A DNA stretch of 49,088 nt from Octopus bimaculoides. Taxonomy: Eukaryota. Both the position numbers and the translations under genes were made by a program. Positions 11,574 to 24,489 of the stretch are shown piece after piece (the stretch's first letter is position 1; each line of letters begins with the position of its first letter). Location: contig NC_068991.1 of assembly GCF_001194135.2 (NCBI RefSeq), positions 54,167,472 through 54,216,559 on the forward strand, read 5' to 3'. Below the pieces are notes generated by a model that was given only the letters and a program-made list of their open reading frames with translations, did not search any database and was not told the origin of the DNA.

Positions 11574-13199
11574 GTAGTTGCCTGTTAAATGTCTTAATTA
11601 CTGAAGATGAACCATCTGCAGAAAATTCAGCTATTTCTATATATAGTGTCCATACTATGTATATTTGCTGTAAATATACTGTAAATATACACTGCATGTA
11701 TACTATATATATTTACTGCAAATGTACATTCTAGTATAATATAACTCAGAACTGTAATCAGTGGGAGTACTGTAAAATTGGCAAGTGTTTTTTTTATTAG
11801 GTTGGAAATAACAGGGAGAAGTATAGACTCCACTCATCTGATTTATTACTACACTGCATAACAAGGAACTCGTTAGTGATATTCCAATGACCCATTGAAT
11901 TTGTAGACTCACAGTTATTGATCAATAGGGGAATAATATCTATTTGGTTATTAGAGAAAAAGTGAATTAGTCAAACTTGTTCTATTTATGAAGTAAAAAA
12001 TTTAACTAGCTTTTAATTATTCTGACTTAATCTCAATTAACTTGGAATGCTAAATGCTTTTATTTAAATGTTATAGTTTTTTGGGGTTTTTTTTAAAAAA
12101 TATCTTTTGATGAAGTGAGAATGACTGTTCATTTTTATTGCACTACTATTGTAATTTTTAAAATTGGCTGTGAGAATGTACGCATTATTTATTTAATTTA
12201 ATTTATTTTTATTTCTATGCACATCATTGATGTAACTTTATCCTAAACAAAAGAAGGAAGAAAAAGAAAACTAGTGAAACAAAAAGTTATTTTTCATTTT
12301 CATGTTTTATTCTTTTATGTAAGAATTGTTTTGGGGATTTCTCTTCTCTTTTTTTATTTTTCCTTTCATTAAATAAGTAATTGTTTTATACTGTATTAAT
12401 GTTGTTAAAAACAAAAAAAAACACAGTATGAGCAGTTGAAATATAAACAAAAATGCTTGTTGTTGACTTTAAAATATGCTTTAATCTCAAGTGATGTTAA
12501 ATAATAGCTTTCAAATAATTTTCTAGTTATCTAACATTTTGCATTTGGATATTCAGAGCTTAATATTCATAGATTTATTTTTAAAGATATACTTGAAAAA
12601 CTTTTTGCAACTACTTGAAGTTTTTTAAAATCTAAACTCTTATATATATATATTAATACTCATAAATTTTTTCTTTAAACTTTTAATTGATTAGAATGAA
12701 CTAAGTCATTTCCTCTGATAGTATTATCTCAGCACTATCTGAAGGTCAATGATCAAATAGGTTAAGTTTTAATGGTTCTTGGGTTGTGAGTTCTTACCCT
12801 ACCGCAGACACAATTTTGTACCCTTGGAGCAAGATATATCTTGCAATGATTACTTTAATTTCTCTACATGGTAATATTAACTACTTAGTCATGTTGCATT
12901 TTATATACCAGTTACATTGTAAATTATGTTAAATTGTATTCAGTTATTTTAATAAAAACATGAAAAAGTTTTAAAAGATAATATAGCTGTTGTTTTCTTT
13001 TCTTATGTTTTTTTTTTATGAAGTTTAGTTTATTTTTCTTGGATTCTTTGAAAGACTCAGTTTCTTGCCAACACACTTCACTGACACACATTTTTGTTTT
13101 GAAACCCTGTTTCAACTTTTGTTTTAATCTTCAGATTCCCAAATATTCAAATCTGAATCTAACTACTGAAGGGGAACCCCAGTTACTTGTCATTTAAAC

Positions 13200-13570
13200 A
13201 TTGAGGGGGGGGGGCCTTTACATAGTTGCTCGACCCACTAGAAATAGCAGCTTAATCTCCCTCAAATAATGCCATACCATCTTAACAAATGAAAAGAGGA
13301 TACACTGGGCAATCCTAGATGTTCTAAAAAGATTGGATGGTCACAACTGGATTGGCTTTCACTCTGATTGATGAGGTTTGAACTGGAGCCAAACAGCAGC
13401 ACAGCAATTGTCAATCCAATGAGAATCCTACTATCTTTAAAAAAGGAAGGACACATTGTACATGTGCTTCAAAAAGACAGGATGGTCATGGCTGGAATGG
13501 TTTGGATTCTAAGCCTGCTTGTTCAAGGCTAACCTGGGGCTAAACAACAACACCAACAACACAACCGTTG
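13200..13570 (+). mobile_element. Interspersed retroposon-like repeat ending in an (AAC)n tail
   Basis: The motif GTTGCTCGACC..CTAGAAATAGCAGC recurs at ~13705-13740 and, reversed, at ~41120-41225. The copy ends in CTGGGGCTAAACAACAACACCAACAAC. Confidence 0.45.
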
Positions 13571-14081
13571 TATTCAATTTGTTGTGTGGTCATCATGAAA
13601 AAAGTATAATTTATTCATTTACCAAACTACTAGATATCCTTCTTTTGCTATTGTTGTCGGTCATATTTTTTATGCAATAATAATTTATGAGGAAGCCTCT
13701 TACACAGTTGCTTGACCTGATACAACTAGCAGCCAAATCTTAAAAAAAAAATAAATAAAAGGTAAAGGGCAGATACATTCGATAATGTTCCCCTTGGCTT
13801 AATGTCTGAAAAATATAGAAAGAGAATGGTCAATAAAGAAAGGAAACTGGTTTCCGTACATTTTCTTGCAATGTTATCAATTATCGAATTTCTGAACATC
13901 TGTGTGTATGTATATAATTGTATATGATGTCTGTGTGTGTTGGTGTATATATATGGATATGTATGTACATACATACAGATGTGTACACACACACACACAC
14001 ACATATATATATATGTATACATAAATATATATATATATATATACATTATAGCTTTTTATACCTTTTATTTCTTCAGATGCC

Positions 14082-14140
14082 AATTCTGATTAAGATTCAC
14101 TGAACTACAATTCTGCTTAAGATTCACTGAACTACAATTC
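14082..14140 (+). repeat. 27-bp tandem duplication
   Basis: AATTCTGATTAAGATTCACTGAACTAC followed by AATTCTGCTTAAGATTCACTGAACTAC (1 mismatch). Confidence 0.9.
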
Positions 14141-14862
14141 CCAAGTGAAATCAAAATTCTTGACATGGGTTTTACGCTCTTCTTACAATCTGTGCAAATT
14201 TTTTTCATCGGGAATTATTTCACAGTTTAGCTGCAGTACAAATTATCTCTTTTGCACTCTCTAATCGTACCACTAACCACAATGCTGCTTATCTCATTCA
14301 TGATTTAAATTTTTTAAGATCATTCCTATTTTCATTTTCCTTCTTTGCTGTTATTGTTAATAGACAAGAATGTACATGAAATTCCTTATAAGGAAATCAC
14401 TCCAGTGCACATATATTGTAAGGTGTGACCTTGATATTTTGCATATATTTAGAAATGAACTTTATGTTTGTATGTATTCAAATATTGCTGCTCATACTTC
14501 TGTTGACTAATTTTGGTAAATCCTTAAAATGAATGTGGCTGCTTTTGCTTGTATTTTTTTTTTTTTTTTTTTTTTAGCTGTTTCTTCTATTAATTTTTAA
14601 TTCTTTCTATATTTTCTAACATGAATAAATTTTGCAAACTAATACTTCTAATGCTCTTAAACTTGATATTGAAATAGCTTTCACAACAACAGCAAAGATA
14701 ACATCTTTTAGAGATTTTTTTTATATATATAAGACGCACAAATTTCTTCCATTGCATGGAATTTCACCTGTTTGCATCTTTAGATGCAAAAGCTTACTGT
14801 CCTCTGACATCTCTGGTTGAGATTTGAATGCAGCTTCTATAAATTATAGCAATGGCAAATAC

Positions 14863-14895
<33 letters not shown>

Positions 14896-16208
14896 TCCAA
14901 TGACAACTACCACAACAATTTTCCTACTAATATCTTGTTTTCAAAATTCTTTGTTAGATTAGAGTAAAATTTAACTTTTTTCCTTCAAAATGTTTAGTTC
15001 ACCATTGAATTTCATGTCCAACATGATATATAAATATTTACGAACAAAGAACTCGAACTTTGTTGCTTTCATTTTGGGTCTACCTCTTTTTTTTTAATGT
15101 TGCTGCTGAGAATATTGCTCAATTTTTTAAAATCTTTTTCTTTCTTTTTTTTTTTGGCTTAACAATGTCTTGTTTTCTCAAGAAGCATACAAATGTGTAA
15201 TATTTAAAATTTTTTAACTTTTAATATATACTAGGAATTTATTTTGTATAAAATTAGAATTTGTTTTTATTTTGTATTGGTGAAAACAAATCTGTTGATA
15301 AATATATATTGCTTTTTGTCAAACAAATGAGGAAGAGTGCTCAATATGTTGTAGAGGATATGGCTTTTTTATTATTTGAAGCTGAGAGTTTGTCTCGCAA
15401 CTTGAGTTTTAATAAAAAAACATATATACATACATTATTATTATATATGCTTATTTTCATGTTGTCTGTTCTCTCTTAAATAGGTCTAATGTATGTTAAT
15501 TGCATGTTTTTTTTTTAATATTTTTTATATTTCTGTTTATCTTTGAAACTGGAGTTGTTGATAATCTTTTGTATTTTTTTAGTTTTATTTAATATATTTT
15601 CCCCCTAGCTCCACATAAGTCCTATTTTTCAATGTGAGTGTGTGTGGTTTACATTTATATGGTAAATCAGAAATTATGAATTTTTTTCCCCCTTGTATGT
15701 TATCTTACTCATTGGCTGTAGCCATGCTGGGGCACTGCCATTTAAAAATATATTCCTATGATAAATACAATGTTGTGTGAGGTTGTCCAATTTGTTTTCT
15801 TCTATCATTGCAGTCGCAAATAGCAGAAAACTGAACTGAATGCTTGATATTGTTTCATTTCATCCTCTCCATGGAATCAAAATTGTGTTTCATTCCTCCT
15901 GGGTCAGGAGAAATGTCCATTCAGTCCATTCATACAAACATTGGTGTTGGGTCTATTTAAAAGCAATCATTATTACTCTTTTGTCCTAATATTATTATTA
16001 TTATTATTCATTATTATTAGTCCCCCCTCCCTTGCATACCTATTCTATCAATAATAATACTGATGCTTGTATAACCAATCTTGTTCAGGATATTTCTGCT
16101 GTTAATGACTAAGGCAGTAAACTCTGTACCTAATAATGATTTTTTTTATACTGCTGATTGGGTTATGTGCTTAACGAAGATACTTAATTCTACTTGGCTT
16201 GCAAGCAC

Positions 16209-16245
<37 letters not shown>

Positions 16246-16279
16246 NNNNNNNNNNATTATTATTATTATTATTATTATT

Positions 16280-16500
16280 AAAGGCAGCAAGCTGGCAGAA
16301 TTGTTAGTGTGCTGAGAAGAATGCTTTGCAGCATTTCATCTGCCTTTACATTTTGAGTTCAAATTCCACTAAGGTTGACTTTGCCTTTCATCTTTTTGGG
16401 GTCAATAAAGTAAGTACCAGTTGAACGCTAGGGTAAGTGTAATCGGTTTACCCCCCTCCCCAAACTTTCTGGCCTTGTGCCAAAATTTGAAACCATTATT
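16280..16500 (+). mobile_element. SINE family A copy
   Basis: Full-length match to the family A unit, directly after an (ATT)n tract. Confidence 0.85.
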
Positions 16501-16794
16501 AGTATCCTAGGATCTGGATAATATGCCTTGTGGTATGTAATTGCATCCATTTACAATATTAATTTAAACCCTATTGGATCTGACCTTGCTTTTGCTTTCC
16601 ATACTTCTAGCATTGATAAGTTAAACCCTATAACTCCTGAATAATGAATTTACAAAGGACTAAAATATTTGCAGTAACCACCGGGTATCATTGCTTGCAT
16701 GCAATAATGTTATTCAAAGAAATCTTAGAGCTTATACAAGTTTTGAATTTTTGTCATCTTCTCTTTTGGAGTATCAAGAATTATTATATGCATT

Positions 16795-17100
16795 CTATAA
16801 GTACCAGTTGTGTACTGGGTCGATGTAATTGACTTACACCCTCCCTTGAAATTACTGGCCTTGTGCCAAAATTTGAAACCATTATTATTATTTGACAGAA
16901 TCATTAGAACATCGAACAAAATGCTTTGCAGTATTTTTTACCAGCTCTTTACATTCTGAGTTCAAATCTCGCCAAGGTCTACTTTGCTTTTTATCCCACT
17001 GGGGTTGGTAAATTAAAGTACGTGTCAAGTACTGGGGTTGATGATTTCAACTAACCCCCGCAAAACCCTAGAATTTGCTGGCCTAAGTCACAAACAGTTG
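16795..17100 (+). mobile_element. SINE family A: 3' half plus a following full copy
   Basis: AGTACCAGTTG...AAATTTGAAACCATTATT, followed by GACAGAATCATTAGAAC...TTTGCTGGCCT. Confidence 0.75.
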
Positions 17101-18519
17101 CTATTAAGAAATAGATGAGTTTTGTGTAGTGGTAACTGTGCAGTAAATAGATTCCATGATCTGGTCTTTTTTTAAAAAATTTTTGGTGAGAACTCTTTGT
17201 TATTTTTATGCCTTCAGAAAAGACATAATTACTGCAACTTCTTTGCACTCTTGTGTCTAAGGCTTCATGCCTAATTAAGAAATCATTAGTATCACTCTAC
17301 TTTGTTAAACAAATCACTGAATTAGATCTAGTTTGACTTCAGTTTGTAATTGTTATTACTATTATTATTCTGTCACTGGCATGCATAATTTACACAGTTA
17401 TATATTCATGTAAACAAACTCACACTTGTATCTAATATCACAGATGTCTTGCCAACCCATCTCTGACTCTATATTTATCAGTTTTAATACAAATATGAAG
17501 TCATGCTATTGACACTCACCTGTACCCTATAATTTACTGTTCCAAGGGATGGTAGCAATCTTGTATACTTTGGAATTGATTTTTTGTTATCATTTGTGAT
17601 TGACACTTCAATAGAATTTCACATTTTTAATAGTTTCTTTTCATATTCTCAGCCTGATTGCCGTTATGTGGTAAAAGATAATAAAAGCACTGACCATTTT
17701 GATATTACATTTAGAATCCTATTTAAATTGTTAGGTTTTTTTATATGAATTTCAAAAGAATAGTTTTCTTGATGTGATGAGAACCAGCATGTCATTTAAT
17801 GTCATTTGGCATTAGTACTTGATTAAATTTTAAGCTCTGCCAATGTAGACACTCTATAAACATTGTGTATATAAGCACATCACCAGTTCCTCTATACCAT
17901 TGCTAGTTTGTTTTTTTTAATTACAGAATCAAATTTGCCTGTTTGAAACGAAGTTTTTGCTGTGATTTATATAACTGTTTTAATAACCATATATTATTTC
18001 AGTTACAACTAAATTTTCAACTTTTCTTGTCTTTGTTCTTGTTTAAACTTTGTGTTTGTCACTAACTTTTGTAAGACACACTTTGAATACTGTGACTGCA
18101 TCTTGTCTGTAATGTAGAATAAAACCTCAATGTGATATTAGCTATGAGACACTAATTAGAAACACCTCTGTCATAAGTTCTTTACATTGGTGTAACCCTT
18201 CAATGTAGTTTGGGTGGCTAATTAGCAATTTGAATTATATGGTTCTTTAAAGAGAGATACATTTAGCATTTCACTTTCAATGAAAGATATGGTCTCTTTT
18301 GTCATTCCACTCAGGAAGCGTTTTTATTTATTTATTTTTTGTTATTTTTTTCTTTTAATGTTATTATATACCATCTGTAGTACAATTAGGTCCAGTGTAG
18401 AGAGAGCTTATGAATGGTCAATATAGAAAACCAGAAAAGCTCATTAATTTTATTCATCTGTATAGGACATGAATATTTTGTGGTATACTACTTCACACAT
18501 CATATTTATACAACTATAT

Positions 18520-18561
<42 letters not shown>

Positions 18562-18575
18562 NNNNNNNNNNATAT

Positions 18576-18609
<34 letters not shown>

Positions 18610-21600
18610 TATAAGCATACACTTCTGTTTATTAATATAGTGAAGATATTTTAAAGCATTAGAACATATTTCAATGTTGAGACGAACATTGTTATATTAT
18701 ATTATGACAATATATAGTTTAAATTGTTTCCTAGCCATCCTGTGATCTAATTGAGTCCCATTATTTATATTTTTTCTTTTTTCTTTTTTCTTTTTTGGCA
18801 TACAATATATTTAACACAAATTGGCAATTGTATGTGATCCCAAATGTTTACTAACTTATTTATATATTATAATGAAAATAACTTTATAAATTAGTCTTTT
18901 TTTTTTTTTGTATGTGTGTTTGTGTCTTGCTAATTTAAATTTTTATCTGTTGGTATATTTTCTGTTGGAAATATATTTATAAATTTTCAAAGTTTGTGGA
19001 AAGAGTTTAGCAATAGAAACCAAACTCTTATCCTTGGTTTGTATTTTACTGTAAAGTTATAATCAATGACAAATGGCAAAAACAATAACAACAATAATGA
19101 TAATAATGTCAATTTCTTTTATATTAATGAGGGAACTTTTAGACAGCCAATCCCTAACATATTCTTATTTGAACATTCACTGTGTATTTGATCACAATTT
19201 TGTGAAGTTGTTGTATATGTTACACTTGCAAAAATGCAATTGGTGAATAACTAGGATTTGAAACACTTGAGTAATTTTCAATGAGTAGCCAATAATTATT
19301 TGCTTCTTGATGATAGTGTTGTTAATGAGAGAAAATCTTCTCTGACAACAATATTGATATAATTGTATTTATATATGTATATATAACCACAAACACTCAC
19401 TATATGAGAAGGTACAAGAGTAAACAGAAAAAAAAAATATTAACTTATCATTTAATAATATTCAAAACTATCACATTCATGAATAAATTTAAACACACTC
19501 ACACTCACACACACACACACACATACACAAAGTATGTTTTTCTCCTTGTTTGTGAGCTGCTATTAACACATTTGTAATATACTAAGAATATTTCATGACC
19601 TGTAACTCATAACAAACATATTTTACAGCTTAACTATTTTTCTTCTTTACCAAAAAATTTTAATTTGTAAATTATTGACATAACTTACTTCTATTTTTAT
19701 CTTTTTTTATTTCCTTTTTGTTGTTTGGCATTTATACATTGCTTTTTGTTAATTGTTTGGCATTTATATATTGCTTACCAAAATCTTTTGTATGAAGACA
19801 TGCTTAAATTTAAGGATGCTTTTTCAAATGATATAAACATTACATACAGATATAAATAAATATATACATCCCAAGATGCATATGCATCTCTCTTCTTTGC
19901 AACTTTGTCATGCCTCAAACTCCATACTAAGCACAGTCTCACTCAGACCTTCTAGAACAATCTGCTTTTTTACTTATTCCCTCTAAATAAATCTGTCAAT
20001 ATTCAAATTTCGTACCAACCATATCAATTCTGCTAACATGTCTCTTTGTTCCCCAATATAGTAAGGCCTGAAACTTACAGATAGGTATTGGCTTTCATCA
20101 GACTAAGAAAAAAATTACAAGATATTTAACACACACACACTTTAATATGAAAACAAAATCACATCATTTCACTAGTTGTTGTACCCATGATTTCTTGGGG
20201 TATTGAATACTAATAAATAAAATGAATGTTTTTTGTGAGAAATCATGCATGTAACTAAGGCTATCTTTTTTAGAAGCTTACTCTTATTATATAAACCTGC
20301 TCATATATNNNNNNNNNNNNNNNNNNNNNNNNNNNNNNNNNNNNNNNNNNNNNNNNNNNNNNNNNNNNNNNNNNNNNNNNNNNNNNNNNNNNNNNNNNNN
20401 NNNNNNNNNNNNNNNNNNNNNNNNNNNNNNNNNNNNNNNNNNNNNNNNNNNNNNNNNNNNNNNNNNNNNNNNNNNNNNNNNNNNNNNNNNNNNNNNNNNN
20501 NNNNNNNNNNNNNNNNNNNNNNNNNNNNNNNNNNNNNNNNNNNNNNNNNNNNNNNNNNNNNNNNNNNNNNNNNNNNNNNNNNNNNNNNNNNNNNNNNNNN
20601 NNNNNNNNNNNNNNNNNNNNNNNNNATGTCATATATGTTTATACACATATACAGACTTATGTAATATTAAATATTTCTAATGGTAAACCAATATAAATAA
20701 CATATAATGCTAGTAGAAAGTTACAATGTGAATTTTAAGTATTATTATTAGAATAATTCTTTAAATGAAAAATATATATAAATGATTCTCTTTGAATTTA
20801 TGGACATGAAAGGATTAGAGCATTGTGTACACACACGCATACACTTATAGTTGAATTAGAATATATATATGGTTACATGGAAAAAGGTGTGGGACATAAG
20901 TTAGTTATGAAAGTGAATAGAGGGGATTTATATATTTGTATACATACACACACACACACACATTGATAGATTCCATTTTCCACATTGCTAATGTTTTTAT
21001 AGCTTTCATGACATTTTTCAGTTATTATTAAAATAAAGAATGCTTTAGTGCAGTTCAGTACAATACTCAGTATGGTACAATAATACTCAGAACACTCAAC
21101 TCTATGGCTGCTACAATTTTTCCCATTTGGAAATGTTCAAATTGCATTGTTAATTTCATTAAAGGCTTCAACATTCATAATACAATTTCTTTCCTACCTT
21201 AGTCCAAATCGTCATCCATATATAAGATTATTATTATTATTTATTATTATTATTATTTGATATTATTGCATGCTTGCTTGCTTGCTTTGTTTCTTCATTA
21301 ATATTTTTTATTTATTTATTTTGTTCTCTTTTTTATTCCACATCTAACTGAATAACAGGAAACCTTGTTAATGAAAAGTTTTTTTTTTTCCTCAAAATAA
21401 ACAAATGTAATAATTAAATAATAAACCAAAAATATAAAATTAAAAACTGAAATAGTCACATGACCATATATGGTTCTGTTAATGCCATTTCTGGTTCTGT
21501 TGATACCATTTGCAAATTTGTGTACTTGGATGCAAAGGAAAATAAAGCAACAGATTTTTTTTTAAACAATTTTGTTCTGTTTTTGTTCAGCATCATGTTC

Positions 21601-21627
21601 TTTTATAGTAACTGTTCCCAGGTTTAT

Positions 21628-21970
21628 TAACTATTCAGATGCCAATCCACCCGAGATTTCCTTTGGTTCTGACCATATCTGGTTCAAATATTCTACCCAT
21701 TTTATGCTCAAACTGGCTAGGTCTGACCTCTCACATCTACCCTACAATGTCATTCTAAAAATAAACAGTTGCATCATACAAGACAATGCATGATTAATTC
21801 GAAACAATGTGAATAAATAAGCATTAAGTTTAACTGAATAATGTGAATGCTTAAGGGTTAAGGTGATCTAAGTTAATGACAGTAAAGTTAATTTACTAAA
21901 TTTTTCATTATTTTCAAAATTAATTGAAAAAACGTAAACTGCAACAGAAATATCGTACAGAAGGTTTCAA
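21628..21970 (+). mobile_element. Composite/nested MITE-like non-autonomous DNA elements (piggyBac-like GGGTTAA ends)
   Basis: 21670-21860 is the reverse-complement homolog of 22921-23150, and both end AATGCT.AAGGGTTAA. A further terminus lies at 22451-22477. Confidence 0.5.
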
Positions 21971-22089
21971 CCCTCCTGAAATACAATAAAAACTGGTTTA
22001 GAAAAAGAAAAGAAATTCTGAAAAAAATCTTCATCCTGAAATGTCATTTTACTCAGAATTGTTACCTCTTACCATCTCCGAAGATGGTT

Positions 22090-22450
22090 CTGCTTGACCT
22101 TCACTGAGCTCTCCTCACTCATGAGTTTCTCACCAAAATCAACATGGTATCACTTTTGCACCTGCCCTATTTGCCAGATTTAGCACCTGTGGACTTCCAT
22201 CTCTTCCCCAAGATGAAAATGCAGTTCAAAGGTCACTGTTTTAACATTGTTGTCAAGATTCAGGGTGAATTGCAAAAGTTCCTCAACTCACAGAAAACAT
22301 CCAGGCCATATTCCAAAACTGGCAGCAATGTTGAGACTAGTGTATTGCTGTGCAAGGTGACTATTTTGAAGGAGATGATGTTAAAATTTAGGTAAATAAG
22401 TTATTTTTTTTATCAAACATAGTCCAGAAACCTTTTGATATCACCTTGTA
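22090..22450 (+). mobile_element. Mariner transposase C-terminal relic with right end
   Basis: HLPYLPDLAPVDFHLFPKMK matches the mariner HPPYSPDLAPxD motif. The segment ends ...GATATCACCTTG-TA at a TA dinucleotide. Confidence 0.8.
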
Positions 22451-22920
22451 TGGCCAGTTTAAATGCTCAAGGGTTAAGGAATCTTGTAGCTAATAAATAT
22501 TTTAAATACATTTTTTTACTTTGATATCACTCTCACTCACTGTCTTTCACTTTCTTTCTTTCTCTCTCTCTCTTTCTTTCACTCCTTCCCACACTTTCGT
22601 TTTATGTTAATTTTTTTAAAAGTCAAACAACACAGAATGCCTTTTGCTGAAAGACTCTGATATAAGAAAAATCTATACAATTTTTCTTTCTTATCATCCA
22701 GTAAGCATTTCTTTAACAGATGACAACAAACTAGAATGTCTATACTCAGAGGTCCAGCTTGTGACAACATGGATGTTAAATGATGATGATGTTCCCTAAT
22801 TCCTTTGTAAATTACCACTTTTTTAATCATCCAAATAAGATCAATTATCACAAGCATTTTAAAATACATTAATAAGAAATATAATACATAATTGTTTGCA
22901 TATTTCAGATAATTGAGTGC

Positions 22921-23150
22921 TCCAACCCATTAATATTCAGATTACTCTGTCAAATGATATCCCTATTCATTCACATTGTTTTGAATTAATCAGGCATTAA
23001 CCATGTAACTTCAACATTCCAGTGATGGGATTGTTTATTTTTAGAATGTCATTGTAAGACAGGTGTGAAAGGCTGGATCTAGTTAGTTTATATGTAAACT
23101 TGGTCAGATGTTTTGTGTCAGATATGGTCAGTTTAAATGCTAAAGGGTTA
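22921..23150 (-). mobile_element. MITE-like element, same family as 21670-21860
   Basis: Reverse-complement similarity over ~190 bp; terminus AAATGCTAAAGGGTTAA. Confidence 0.55.
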
Positions 23151-23693
23151 AGCTGATTCATTGTCTTTTCTTTCAATGCCTTCAGGACAAATGCATGCTA
23201 TTCTCTTTAATGTGCTGGCTACCAACGAACGAATTATTTCATGCAAAACTAATCCAGATCAGTTTTAATCAAGGTTTTTATGGCTAAAGTGTTATACACA
23301 TCCATTGTAGCAGTAATCTGGCGTTTATAAAATATTTTCTGCATATTTATGATAGTTTCATAATACAGTCACAGTTTCTATAAGATGCAAAGCAAATTCA
23401 TACATTTTATATACATTTGAAAAATATTTTATTTGAAATGTCCTTTTGACTTTACTCAGTGTAAAAAGCCAGCTTAAAAGGTGATTTAGACAAAACGCCA
23501 TCAAATTTGACAAAAACTATTCACTGTACAAATTATGCATTGATTGGGCTTAAATAAATTCTAGTGGTTGTGCAGAAAAAATAGTTTTATTCACTGAGAA
23601 TTCAGCTCTGTCAGTTGAGTTAACGATAATCTCTTTTTGCCAACCTTTACTTTATCTCCTTTGTTGTCATTTATAAGTCTCTTATCCCCTCAC

Positions 23694-23732
<39 letters not shown>

Positions 23733-23835
23733 GTGTCTCTCCCTTCTCTCTCTACACTCCCCCCTCTCTCTCTCTCTCTCTCTCTGACATCTATTGCACA
23801 CTAGTATCTCGTATTTACTGGCTTGTCTAACAACC

Positions 23836-24021
23836 ATGGACATAAACAAAATGAAAAATAAACTAGCTGAGAAGAAGTACTACTATATCTCACCAACAAC
23901 CAAGAGAAAAATAATTGAGGTGGCCTTCTACTTGGGCTTAATGGCTTTCCTTAGTGTTTTCATGGTGGTGTATTATGTGTTTCTGTATACCCCAAAGAAA
24001 AGGAATATATATCATATGTAA
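23836..24021 (+). CDS. 61-aa single-pass membrane microprotein, InaF-motif-like
   Basis: ACCATGG start and sequence MDINKMKNKLAEKKYYYISPTTKRKIIEVAFYLGLMAFLSVFMVVYYVFLYTPKKRNIYHM*, with a basic N-terminus, a ~23-residue hydrophobic helix and a basic tail. The spacing K-x3-V-x2-Y-x13-YY-x3-(Y/W)-x-P equals the InaF motif as recalled. A (CT)n tract and CTAG acceptor lie at 23803-23804, and an AAG|GTAAGA donor at 24223/24224. Confidence 0.55.
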   Translation: MDINKMKNKLAEKKYYYISPTTKRKIIEVAFYLGLMAFLSVFMVVYYVFLYTPKKRNIYHM

Positions 24022-24489
24022 CCATCTATTCACTGAAAGTGTCATTAATCCACAATTCTTGCACTAGTTTGGTTAGTAATGTACTTTAGGTTATTTAACA
24101 TGCATCAGTTTTGGTGTACATGAACAAACCATAACATGATACATACTTTGTCAAAGATTTTAAAAGACATTTGCTGAGAAGACAAGTACAAAAAGAATTC
24201 TGATGAAAAAAAAATTCAAGAAGGTAAGAATTAGTTTTTGTTTGTTTAATTCACGTTAGATTAAATGAGAATATGTAAATCTATAGTCACATGTGAAAGT
24301 CACATGTGAAAATCACATGACCATGATTCAATGATGTCATAAAAATCTTCAAATCACTTGACTCAGAGCAAAAGGAAGATCTCTTCTTCAGATTCATTTT
24401 CTTTTAGTGATAGAGGAAGATATCATTATCTTCTTATATATTTTGTCTTCTTATATATCTTATCAATATATTACCTCTTTGTTTTTAAT

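Noticed and set aside
11595-11640. CTGAAGA...GAAA hammerhead-like core
   Set aside because: Stem II is only 2 bp and no stem I forms, so this is a chance match.
10871-11734. YI/HT/CV-repeat ORFs (also 13726-14103, 18414-18614, 46813-47231)
   Set aside because: Translations of (TA)n/(CA)n microsatellites.
15261-15479. ORF ending in a hydrophobic tail (NKKTYIHTLLLYMLIFMLSVLS) as a second InaF-like gene
   Set aside because: It lacks the YY..P part, the spacing is wrong, and it is built from low-complexity AT-rich sequence.
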